Positions 16,708-24,736 of a stretch of DNA of 45,143 nt are shown here, in pieces. Origin of the DNA: Candidatus Polarisedimenticolia bacterium. GTDB lineage: Bacteria > Acidobacteriota > Polarisedimenticolia > Gp22-AA2. Made by a program: the position numbers and the translations under genes. Below the pieces are notes generated by a model. It did not search any database and had not been told where the DNA came from. It worked only from the letters and a program-made list of their open reading frames with translations. The stretch's first letter is position 1, and every line of letters starts with the position of its first letter. The stretch covers positions 1 to 45,143 of the forward strand of contig JBOGOE010000313.1 of NCBI GenBank assembly GCA_050747445.1, given 5' to 3'.

Positions 16708-18950
16708 GGCGGCCCCCCGTCCCCGGCGCACCGGCATCCGGAACGGTCGGCGGGTGTCTCGCCCCCGTGCTGCTGTTGCTGCTGGGTTGCGGCGGATTTC
16801 CAGACCCCTCGCGGACCCTCACCGTCGCCATCGACAGCGACCCCGCGAACCTCGATCCGCGTCTCGGCTCCGACGAAGCGTCGCGCCGGGTCAACGACCT
16901 GATCTACAACGGCCTGTTCCGGCTGGACGACAGCGCCCGGGCCGTCCCCGACCTGGCGGCCGCCTGCGACCGACCCGACGATCGGACCCTCGTCGTGACC
17001 CTGCGCGACGGCGTCCGGTTCCACGACGGCACGCTCCTCGACGCGGACGACGTCGTCGCCACCTATCGCTCCATCCTCCGCGACGAGGTCCCGTCGTTCC
17101 GCAAATCCGACCTTCTGCCGATCCGCTCCGTGGAAGCGCGCGATCGACGGACCGTGGTCATCACGCTGCGCGCGCCGTTCGCGCCGATCCTCACCAATCT
17201 GAACATCCCCATCCTTCCGGCGGAGACCGGCGGCCGCCCGTTCCGTGCGATCGGCACCGGCCCCTTCCTGCTGGTCCGGCATCGGCGCGACGAGGACCTG
17301 CTGTTCCGCCGCTTCGAGGATTATTTCGGCGGACCCGCCGGCGTGGAGAACCTCCGGCTGCGCATCGTCCCCTCCGAGACCGGACGCCTGCTCGAGCTGC
17401 TCAAAGGGAGCGCCGACCTGATCGTCAACGACCTGTCGCCCGACGCCGTCGAGCGGATCCGCCGCACGCCCGGCTTCGCCGTCGAGACCATGCCCGGCCG
17501 CAACTACGTCTATCTGACCTTCAACCTGCGCGATCCCCTGCTCGCGGATCGGCGCGTGCGGCGCGCCATCGCCCACGCCATCGACCGCGAGTCGATCGTG
17601 CGCCACCTCCTCCGCGGGACGGCCACGCTCTCGACCGGCATGCTTCCTCCCCATCACTGGGCCTACGCCTCCGACGTGCCACGCTACCCCCACGACCCGG
17701 CGGCCGCCCGGGGCCTGCTTGACGCCGCCGGGCGGACGGACCCGGACGGAGCCGGACCGGCGATGCGCTTCCGGCTGGTCTACAAGACCTCCACCTCGGA
17801 GGTGGCCCAGCAGCAGGCGGCGATCGTGCAGCGGCAGCTCGGAGAGGTGGGGATCGGCGTCGACATCCGGGCCTTCGAATGGCCGACCTTCTACGAGGAC
17901 CTGCGCACCGGCCGCTTCCAGATCGCGGTTTCGATGTGGACCGAGATCAACGACCCCGACGTATTCCGCCTGCGGTTCCACTCGGCGTTCGCGCCGCCGC
18001 GCGGATTCAACCGCGGGGCGTACGCCGATCCCGCCGTCGATCGCCTCATCGAGGCGGGGTCGCGCACGCTCGACGAGACGGAGCGCCGCGCCCTCTACGC
18101 CGAGGTGCAGCGCCGGCTCGCCCTCGACCTGCCCTACGTTCCCCTCTGGCACCGGGACGTCGTGGCCGCGCGACGCGAACGCGTGCGCGGGTTCCGACTG
18201 ACCCCGGGGGCCGATTTCCGATGCCTGGCTGAGGCCGGGCTGGAACCGTGGCGGCGGGCGGCCGGTTCATTCGGGGCGGCGCTCCAGGAGCCGCTCGATG
18301 GCTTCGATCGGGACCGCACCCGGGCGCAGGAGGCGCGGCGGGCCGGCGCTCAGGTCGAGCACGGTCGAGGCCGGCGCGCCAATCGTGGGGCCGCCGTCCA
18401 GGATGAGATCCAGCGTGTCGCCGGGCGCCAGGGCGGCTTCGACGGCGGTCCGCGGCGGGGTCTGCCCCGTGCGATTCGCGCTGGTGGCGATCAGCAGCCC
18501 GCCGGCCGCACGGGCCAGCGCCGCCGCCACGGGGTGGGGGGAGATGCGCACGCCGATCGTTCCCCCGCGTCCCAGCAGGCGGGCCGGCAGATCGGGGGAG
18601 GCGGGCAGGACCAGCGTCAGGGGCCCGGGCCAGAACGCCGCCGCCAGCCTGCGGGCCGCCCCCGGGAACTCCGCCGTGCACCGGCGGACGGCCTCGCGAT
18701 CGGCGGCGATCAGCGGCAGGGCCATCGTGTCCGGGCGACCCTTGGCCTCGAACACCATGTCGACCGCCGCCGCGTTCCACGGATCGCCACCCAGCGCATA
18801 GAAGGTCTCGGTCGGGTAGATCACGAGACGGCCGTGCCGGATCGAGGCGGCGGCGCGGGCGATCAGCGCGGCATCGGGACGCCCGGCGTCGAGGGAGAGC
18901 AGGGTCGGCATGGGATCGGCTCCCGGTGGCATGCGGAGGGGTTACTCTAG
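16704..18950 (+). CDS. ABC-transporter substrate-binding lipoprotein, family 5 (peptide/nickel type); ORF lacks a stop at the expected end
   Basis: Lipobox LLLLLGCGG. TLTVAIDSDPANLDP, LVTLRDGVRFHDG and NYVYLTFN are typical of family-5 SBPs. The recognisable sequence ends near 18230. The frame then stays open to 18950, antisense to tsaC, giving an Arg/Gly/Gln-rich tail. Confidence 0.8.
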   Translation: MRRPPVPGAPASGTVGGCLAPVLLLLLGCGGFPDPSRTLTVAIDSDPANLDPRLGSDEASRRVNDLIYNGLFRLDDSARAVPDLAAACDRPDDRTLVVTLRDGVRFHDGTLLDADDVVATYRSILRDEVPSFRKSDLLPIRSVEARDRRTVVITLRAPFAPILTNLNIPILPAETGGRPFRAIGTGPFLLVRHRRDEDLLFRRFEDYFGGPAGVENLRLRIVPSETGRLLELLKGSADLIVNDLSPDAVERIRRTPGFAVETMPGRNYVYLTFNLRDPLLADRRVRRAIAHAIDRESIVRHLLRGTATLSTGMLPPHHWAYASDVPRYPHDPAAARGLLDAAGRTDPDGAGPAMRFRLVYKTSTSEVAQQQAAIVQRQLGEVGIGVDIRAFEWPTFYEDLRTGRFQIAVSMWTEINDPDVFRLRFHSAFAPPRGFNRGAYADPAVDRLIEAGSRTLDETERRALYAEVQRRLALDLPYVPLWHRDVVAARRERVRGFRLTPGADFRCLAEAGLEPWRRAAGSFGAALQEPLDGFDRDRTRAQEARRAGAQVEHGRGRRANRGAAVQDEIQRVAGRQGGFDGGPRRGLPRAIRAGGDQQPAGRTGQRRRHGVGGDAHADRSPASQQAGRQIGGGGQDQRQGPGPERRRQPAGRPRELRRAPADGLAIGGDQRQGHRVRATLGLEHHVDRRRVPRIATQRIEGLGRVDHETAVPDRGGGAGDQRGIGTPGVEGEQGRHGIGSRWHAEGLL
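18267..18932 (-). CDS. tsaC: L-threonylcarbamoyladenylate synthase (YrdC/TsaC family)
   Basis: GRLVIYPTETFYALGGDPWN, KGRPDTMALPLI and ATSANRTGQ motifs. Alternative start ATG 18911. Confidence 0.9.
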   Translation of the reverse strand: MPPGADPMPTLLSLDAGRPDAALIARAAASIRHGRLVIYPTETFYALGGDPWNAAAVDMVFEAKGRPDTMALPLIAADREAVRRCTAEFPGAARRLAAAFWPGPLTLVLPASPDLPARLLGRGGTIGVRISPHPVAAALARAAGGLLIATSANRTGQTPPRTAVEAALAPGDTLDLILDGGPTIGAPASTVLDLSAGPPRLLRPGAVPIEAIERLLERRPE

Positions 18951-18951
18951 C

Positions 18952-19848
18952 ATGGCCCCGCCCGGGCCGCCGCCCATCGAGAGTCCGCAGAATCCCCTGG
19001 TGCGCCGGCTCCGCGCCCTGGCGCGGGAGCGGTCGGCGCGCGAGCGGTCCGGCGGCTACCTGGTGTGGGGCCTGCACCTGGCCCTCGAGGCCCTCGAGGC
19101 CCGGGCGCCGGTGCGCGAGGCGATCGTGGGTTCGCGGCTGGAGGGCGGCCCCGAGGGCAGGGGTCTCCTGGAACGGCTGCGTCGCGAGGGCGCCCCGCTC
19201 CGCCGCATGGGGGACCGCGCCCTCGAGGCGATCGAGCCGGGGAGCGCCGACCAGGGGATCCTCCTGGTGGTCGAACATCGGCCGATCGATCCCGGGGAGC
19301 TTCTGGAGCGCCGGCCTGCGCTGTGCGTTGCGACGCACGGGGTGCAGGATCCCGGTAACCTCGGAGGAATCCTGCGTTCGGCGTGGGGATTCGGGGCCGG
19401 CGGGGCGTTCGTTCTGGAAGGATGCGCCGATCCGTTCGGCAGCCGCGTGGCCCGGGCCGCGATGGGGGCCCATTTCCGCCTGCCGATCGCCCGCTCCCGT
19501 GGGGCGGTCTTCGTGGCCGCGGCCCGCCGCGCCGGCATCCGCCTGGTGGCCGCGGATCTCGCCGGCGACCGGCTGCCGGAGCAGGCCGACCTCACGGGGT
19601 GCGTGGCGATCCTTCTGGGGGCCGAGGGGACCGGGCTGCCGCCCGAGCTCCTCCGCTCGGCCGAACTCAGGGTCCGGATCCCGATGCCCGGGGGCGCGGC
19701 GTCGCTCAATGTGCACGCCGCGGCGGCCATCCTGCTCTACGAGGCCTGGCGGCAGGGGCGCGGACCCGGAGGCGGGAGGAACCCCGGCGGGGGGGGCGTC
19801 AGTCCGGGTCGCTCCGGCCACGGCCGCCCGGCGGCCGCGCGGTCGTGA
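18952..19848 (+). CDS. TrmH/SpoU-family RNA 2'-O-methyltransferase
   Basis: NPLVRRLRAL N-terminus. The C-terminal SpoU knot has GVQDPGNLGGILRSA, ILLGAEGTGLP and IPMPGGAASLNVHAAAAILLYE. Alternative ATG starts at 18910 and 18931. Confidence 0.8.
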   Translation: MAPPGPPPIESPQNPLVRRLRALARERSARERSGGYLVWGLHLALEALEARAPVREAIVGSRLEGGPEGRGLLERLRREGAPLRRMGDRALEAIEPGSADQGILLVVEHRPIDPGELLERRPALCVATHGVQDPGNLGGILRSAWGFGAGGAFVLEGCADPFGSRVARAAMGAHFRLPIARSRGAVFVAAARRAGIRLVAADLAGDRLPEQADLTGCVAILLGAEGTGLPPELLRSAELRVRIPMPGGAASLNVHAAAAILLYEAWRQGRGPGGGRNPGGGGVSPGRSGHGRPAAARS

Positions 19849-22084
19849 CCTCCTGGGTGCGCGCCAGGGGCAGGGTGAGGGTGAACACCGACCCCTTCCC
19901 CACCTCGCTGCGCACCCGGATCCCCGCGCCGTGCAGGCGCAGGATGTCGCGGACGATCGACAGCCCGATTCCCGTCCCTTCGTAGCGGCGGCCGGCCCCG
20001 CCGTCGACCTGGTAGAACCTCTCGAAAATCCGATCGATCGCCTCCGGCGGGATGCCGATGCCGGTGTCGGCGACGTCGACCTCCAGGAACCCCGGTTCCC
20101 CCCGCCGCGTGGTGAGGGTGATCCCGCCGCCGTCGCGGTTGAACTTCACGGCGTTGGTCAGGAGATTCACCAGCACCTGGGTGATCCGGTTGCGATCGCA
20201 GCGCACCGTCAGACCCTCGGTCTCGTACTGGGTCGTGACCTGCAGGTTCCTTTTCTTGATCCGCTCGCCGACCATCTCGATCGCCTCGTCCACCATCTGC
20301 CAGAAGGGGACGTCCTCGAGACGCAGCTGCGTCTCCCCCTTCTCCATGCGCGAGAACGACAGGAGGTTGTCGATCATCTCGACCAGGCGATCGATGTTCC
20401 TGAGCGCCACCGCCAGACCCCGCTCCTGTTCCGGGGTGAGGGGCCCGAGACGCCGCTTGAGGATCATCTCGGTGTACCCCTTGATGGAGACGAGCGGCGT
20501 GTGCAGCTCGTGCGACACGTTGGCCAGCAGGCTTGATTTCATCTCGTCGAGCGAGCGGAGCTCGGTGTTGAGCTTCTCCAGCTGCACGTTGCGTTCGGTC
20601 AGGGCGTTGCGCGCGATCGTGAGGTCGCGGCAGGCGGTTTCCAGGCCGGCACGGGCGGCTTGCAGCTCCTCCATCCCGCGGTGGAGCTTCTCCTCCGCCT
20701 CCACGCGGCCGGTGACGTCGCGCGCCGTGACGATGGTCCCCATCGCTCCTCCCGAGCGGGTCCTGACCGCGCCCGCGATCAGGTCGAGGAGGGCGCGCCG
20801 GGGCGCGGTGACCTCCAGACCGTCGAGACGCGCCTCGCCGGCGGTGCACCCCCTCTCCAGGAAGGCCCCCAGCGCCTCCGGGTCGCGGCAGCGGGACCCG
20901 AGGGCGGCGCGGAGATCGGTCTCCGTCAGGCCGCGCAGGCGTTCCGGATCGAGACCGAACAGTTCCCCGAAACACCGGTTCGCCAGGGTCACCACGAAGC
21001 CCGCCGCGCCCGGCTCCATCACCAGGATGCCGTCGCCCGTGGCCTGCAGGGTCGCGTCGAGACGCGACTCGCTCGCCGTGAGGGCGCGCTCGAAGCGGGC
21101 GCGGGCGCCGATGTCGGCCACCGTCGCGAGGACCACCCGGCGGCCGCCGAACTCGGTCGCGGCCCAGGCGAGCCGCACTTCGACGGATCCTCCGGGCGTC
21201 CGAAGCAGGCAGGTGATCTCCCCCCCGGGCTCGTCGCCGCGCTCGGCCCGGCCGATCACCTCCAGGACCCGCAGGAGATCGCGGGCGTGCACGCAATCGC
21301 GGAACGGGGTGTCCGGCAGGATCTCGCGTTCCTTCCCCAGAAGCTCCGCGAAGGCCGGATTGGCGTAGAGGATCGTCCCGTCGCGGATCATGAACACCCC
21401 GTCGCCGATCCCCTCCACCAGGCTGCGATAGCGCTCCTCGGACTCGCGCAGCCGGCGCTCGAGCGCCTGCTCTGCCGACAGGTCGCGCGCCACCATGAGG
21501 AGACCGGGGCCGTCGCCACCGGCCGCGGCGCCCGCCAGCGACACCCGCGCGGCCATCTCGCGGCCGTCCCGGTGGAGCAACCGGACGGTTTCCGCGATTC
21601 CGGTCTCGCGCAGCGTCCGGCGCGCCAGCTTCGGAAGGATCCGCTCCCACTCGCCGGGAGCGAACAGGGCCTCGACGTGGCGATCGAGGATCTCCAGAGG
21701 CTCCCACCCGGACAGCGCCGAGGCGCCGCGGCTGAACGACACCACCGCGTAGTCGGGATCGAGCCCCAACAGCGCGACGTCCGGTGGTCCGTCGAAGGCG
21801 CCTGCGGGCAGACCGGCGCCGCGCCCCTCCGGCCGGACCCGCCCGCGCAGGTCGAGCAGCAGGTGGTTGAACTCGGCGGTCAGCAGGCGCAGGACGGCGT
21901 CGCTCTCCGGCGGCAGGTCACCGATCAGGGGGTGGCGCCGGAGATCGCGCACCCGCTCGACGGTACGCCGCAACATGCGGCGGAGCGCGGCCACGGCGGC
22001 CACCGCGCACGCGATCGCCACCCCCCCCGCGATCCACGCGATCGCCGCGGCGAGGACGAACGGTCCCTGTTCGAAGATCGTCAT
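19799..22084 (-). CDS. membrane-anchored multi-PAS sensor histidine kinase
   Basis: N-terminal TM helix, about three PAS-like modules, HisKA H-box SHELHTPLVSIKGY, and an HATPase with NLLTNAVKF, DTGIGIP and GTGIGLSIV. Confidence 0.9.
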   Translation of the reverse strand: MTIFEQGPFVLAAAIAWIAGGVAIACAVAAVAALRRMLRRTVERVRDLRRHPLIGDLPPESDAVLRLLTAEFNHLLLDLRGRVRPEGRGAGLPAGAFDGPPDVALLGLDPDYAVVSFSRGASALSGWEPLEILDRHVEALFAPGEWERILPKLARRTLRETGIAETVRLLHRDGREMAARVSLAGAAAGGDGPGLLMVARDLSAEQALERRLRESEERYRSLVEGIGDGVFMIRDGTILYANPAFAELLGKEREILPDTPFRDCVHARDLLRVLEVIGRAERGDEPGGEITCLLRTPGGSVEVRLAWAATEFGGRRVVLATVADIGARARFERALTASESRLDATLQATGDGILVMEPGAAGFVVTLANRCFGELFGLDPERLRGLTETDLRAALGSRCRDPEALGAFLERGCTAGEARLDGLEVTAPRRALLDLIAGAVRTRSGGAMGTIVTARDVTGRVEAEEKLHRGMEELQAARAGLETACRDLTIARNALTERNVQLEKLNTELRSLDEMKSSLLANVSHELHTPLVSIKGYTEMILKRRLGPLTPEQERGLAVALRNIDRLVEMIDNLLSFSRMEKGETQLRLEDVPFWQMVDEAIEMVGERIKKRNLQVTTQYETEGLTVRCDRNRITQVLVNLLTNAVKFNRDGGGITLTTRRGEPGFLEVDVADTGIGIPPEAIDRIFERFYQVDGGAGRRYEGTGIGLSIVRDILRLHGAGIRVRSEVGKGSVFTLTLPLARTQEVTTARPPGGRGRSDPD

Positions 22085-22139
22085 GTCGATTGTCCCGCGC
22101 CCGTCCGGCTCCGGCCCGCCGCCGGTTCCTTCGCCCCCT

Positions 22140-23492
22140 TCAGGCGCTGCCGGAAGGATCCCGGGCCAGCGCGGCGAAGGCGGGCGCGGGCCGGGCGAAG
22201 TAGAACCCCTGGCCGTAACGCACGCCGCAGGAGCGCAGGGCCCGATACTCCTCCTCGCTCTCGATCCCCTCCGCGATCACCCGGGTCTCGGTGCGCGACG
22301 CCACCTGCAGGAGGGAGTGGACCAGGTCCTGCTTGATCAGGCTCTGGTGGATGTTCTTGATCAGCGAGATGTCGATCTTCAGGAAGTCCGCCGCCACCTC
22401 CGAGATCGTCTGCAGGGAGGAGTAACCGGTCCCGACGTCGTCGATCGCCACCAGGAATCCCATCCCCCTCAACCGATCGAGCTCGCGACCGAAGGCCTCG
22501 AAGTCCTCGATGGCGGTGCGCTCGGTGATTTCGAGCACCACGTGACGCGGCTGCAGGGCGGCCTCCTCGAGGGCGGAGCGCAGTCCCCGGTCGACGAACC
22601 CGGGGGCGCCGAGGGTCTCGGGCAGGGCGTTCAGGAACAGCTTCTTGGCCGGATCGAAGCCACGGGCGCCGCGGAGCGCCTGCCGGCGGCAGGCCGCGTC
22701 CAGCTCGGAGGAGAGGCGCCCGCTCCGGGAGCAGGCGAACAACGCCTCCGGGCCCTCCAGGCTGGTGTCGCGCGGGCCGCGCGTCAGGGCTTCGTAGCCC
22801 AAGATCGCGCCGCTCTCCATCTCGACGATCGGCTGGTAGTGGGTGGTCAGCCGCCCCTCCCTCAGGATGGCGCGCAGCTCGGTCAGACGCCGGCGCTGCA
22901 GCCGGTCGGCGTCGCGCGCGGTCATGCCGCGCGCTTCGCGGATCCCCTGGTGCACCATCCGCTCGAACCGGGTCGTCGGGCTGGGCCAGACGAGCGCGTA
23001 ACCGATGGAGACGTCGAGGGAAAACCCGGCCGCCCAGGGCGCGGTCTCGAGACGGGCGCGCAGGAGATCGTGCAGGCGCTCCGCGGCGCCGCTGAGGTCC
23101 GCGACCGAGACTTCGCGTCCCTGATCCGCGCCGACAAGGAACAGGGTGAAGGCGTCGCCATAGACCCCATCGAGCGCCAGCAGGCTGTCCTCGGGAAGGG
23201 TGCGCCCCCGGCAGGCACCGAGCAGAGACGCCACGCCCGCCACAAACCGATCGCCGGCCTCCCATCCGTGCGCGATCTCGAGAGCGCCGAGTCCGGGGAA
23301 CTCCAGGACCACGACGCCCAGCCGCCGCCCCTCGAGCCGCATCTCCAGATCGCCCAGAAGGAGATGGTAGGAGGAGAGACCGGTCACCGGGTCGTGAAGG
23401 GCGCTCTTGAGGCGCAGGTAGCCGGACCGCAGCCGCCGGGGATCCCCCGCCGGCGACCACGGTTCGCGCCGGGTCTCGAGTGTCGGTTTCAT
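22140..23492 (-). CDS. degenerate GGDEF plus EAL domain protein (probable c-di-GMP phosphodiesterase)
   Basis: ATG 23492 (ATGA overlap with the receiver gene). The GGDEF site reads YGDAF. EAL motifs are intact: GYEALTR, LFLNA, LEITE, IDDVGTGYSSL, KIDISL, AEGIES, GQGFYF. Confidence 0.85.
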   Translation of the reverse strand: MKPTLETRREPWSPAGDPRRLRSGYLRLKSALHDPVTGLSSYHLLLGDLEMRLEGRRLGVVVLEFPGLGALEIAHGWEAGDRFVAGVASLLGACRGRTLPEDSLLALDGVYGDAFTLFLVGADQGREVSVADLSGAAERLHDLLRARLETAPWAAGFSLDVSIGYALVWPSPTTRFERMVHQGIREARGMTARDADRLQRRRLTELRAILREGRLTTHYQPIVEMESGAILGYEALTRGPRDTSLEGPEALFACSRSGRLSSELDAACRRQALRGARGFDPAKKLFLNALPETLGAPGFVDRGLRSALEEAALQPRHVVLEITERTAIEDFEAFGRELDRLRGMGFLVAIDDVGTGYSSLQTISEVAADFLKIDISLIKNIHQSLIKQDLVHSLLQVASRTETRVIAEGIESEEEYRALRSCGVRYGQGFYFARPAPAFAALARDPSGSA

Positions 23493-23899
23493 GCTCCGGC
23501 GGTCCTCCGGTCCAGGGTGTCGAGGATGCGGCGCACGCCGAGCAGTAGCTCGTCGCACGAGAACGGCTTGGTAATGAACCCGCAGGCGCCCTCCCGGGCC
23601 CCCAGGAGCTTGTCCCGCACCTGCATCTTGATCGAGAACATCGCCACCGGAATGGCGGTGGTCCGCGCGTCGATTTTCAGGGCCCGCAGCACCTGCCAGC
23701 CGTCCATCTCAGGCATGTTGATGTCGAGCAGGACGAGATCGGGACGCGCCTGCTCGATGCACGACAGCGCCTCCGGGCCCGAACGCGCCGGGTGGACCCG
23801 GTACCCGTCCTGTTCGAGGACCATCCGGGTCATCTCCACGATGTCGGGGTCGTCGTCCACGACCATGATGGTCCGCTTCACGTCCGGCTCAGGGGGCAT
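23489..23899 (-). CDS. single-domain response regulator (receiver only)
   Basis: 136 aa with canonical VVDDD, DLVLLDINMP, FS and TKPF receiver residues. Confidence 0.9.
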   Translation of the reverse strand: MPPEPDVKRTIMVVDDDPDIVEMTRMVLEQDGYRVHPARSGPEALSCIEQARPDLVLLDINMPEMDGWQVLRALKIDARTTAIPVAMFSIKMQVRDKLLGAREGACGFITKPFSCDELLLGVRRILDTLDRRTAGA

Positions 23900-24611
23900 C
23901 GTCTCCCCCCTCGTCCGGGGACCCGTCCGTCACCGGGCCGCCGACGTAGTGATCGATCAGCGACTCCGTCCACGCATCGAGCCGCTCGAAGCGCACCCCG
24001 ACGCCGGGCAGCAGGTGGGACTCGGGGTCGGGTTCGACACGGCGCACGACCACGCCCCGGGCGCTCACGGCCCGGCGCCCTGTGTCGACCGGGAGTCGCA
24101 GCGAGATCTCGACCTGGGCGTGCAGAGGGGGCGCGTTCCGCAGGGCGACGAACAGACCGCCGGTGCTGATGTCCTTGATCCGTCCCCGCCAGGCGGCGTC
24201 GCCGGACAGGAGCCGCGCGGACAGACGCGCCGGCCGCCGGGGGCCGCGGCGGGTCACCACGTGACCCAGGGAGCAGAGGGCCAGCTCCAGGGCGCCGCGC
24301 TCGACGGGACGGACCAGCGTGGCGTCGGCGCCGGCCGCGGCGCAGTCGGGCAGGCGCTCGGCGGAGGTGACGACCACGACCGGAATCGACCGCAGGCGCG
24401 CATCGGCCTTGAGGGCCCGCACGCATCCGGGCGTGTCGCACCCGGCGCGTTCCGTCTGGAGCAGGATCAGATCCGGCCGGGTGGCGCCGGCCTTGGCAAC
24501 GATGTCGGGACCGTCCGCCGCGCGGACGATCTCGCAGCCCAGCCGGCGCAGGAAGCTGGCCTCCAGCATCTGGAAGAGTCCGGCGTCGTCCACCATCAGA
24601 ACCCGGGACAT
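23889..24611 (-). CDS. pseudo-receiver plus PilZ domain protein (putative c-di-GMP receptor)
   Basis: ATG 24611 (MSRVLMVDD...). The receiver fold has Gln52 at the phospho-acceptor position (PDLILLQ) and Arg101 in place of the conserved Lys (LVRP). The C-terminal PilZ has RRGPR and DISTGG motifs. Confidence 0.75.
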   Translation of the reverse strand: MSRVLMVDDAGLFQMLEASFLRRLGCEIVRAADGPDIVAKAGATRPDLILLQTERAGCDTPGCVRALKADARLRSIPVVVVTSAERLPDCAAAGADATLVRPVERGALELALCSLGHVVTRRGPRRPARLSARLLSGDAAWRGRIKDISTGGLFVALRNAPPLHAQVEISLRLPVDTGRRAVSARGVVVRRVEPDPESHLLPGVGVRFERLDAWTESLIDHYVGGPVTDGSPDEGGDDAP

Positions 24612-24736
24612 GGATCGCCTCGCTCCGGGCTCACCGCGAAGGACTGCAGGAAGGGCGTTTGCAGGGACCACTGCGCCACGGCGCGCCGCGCGGCCGGACA
24701 TTACCACAGTCGTCGCGCGGCCATCAAGGCGGCGCC

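Noticed and set aside
19799-19848. 50-nt convergent overlap between the TrmH-family gene and the histidine kinase gene
   Set aside because: Short convergent 3' overlaps are common in GC-rich genomes, where stop codons are rare. There is no evidence of regulatory significance.
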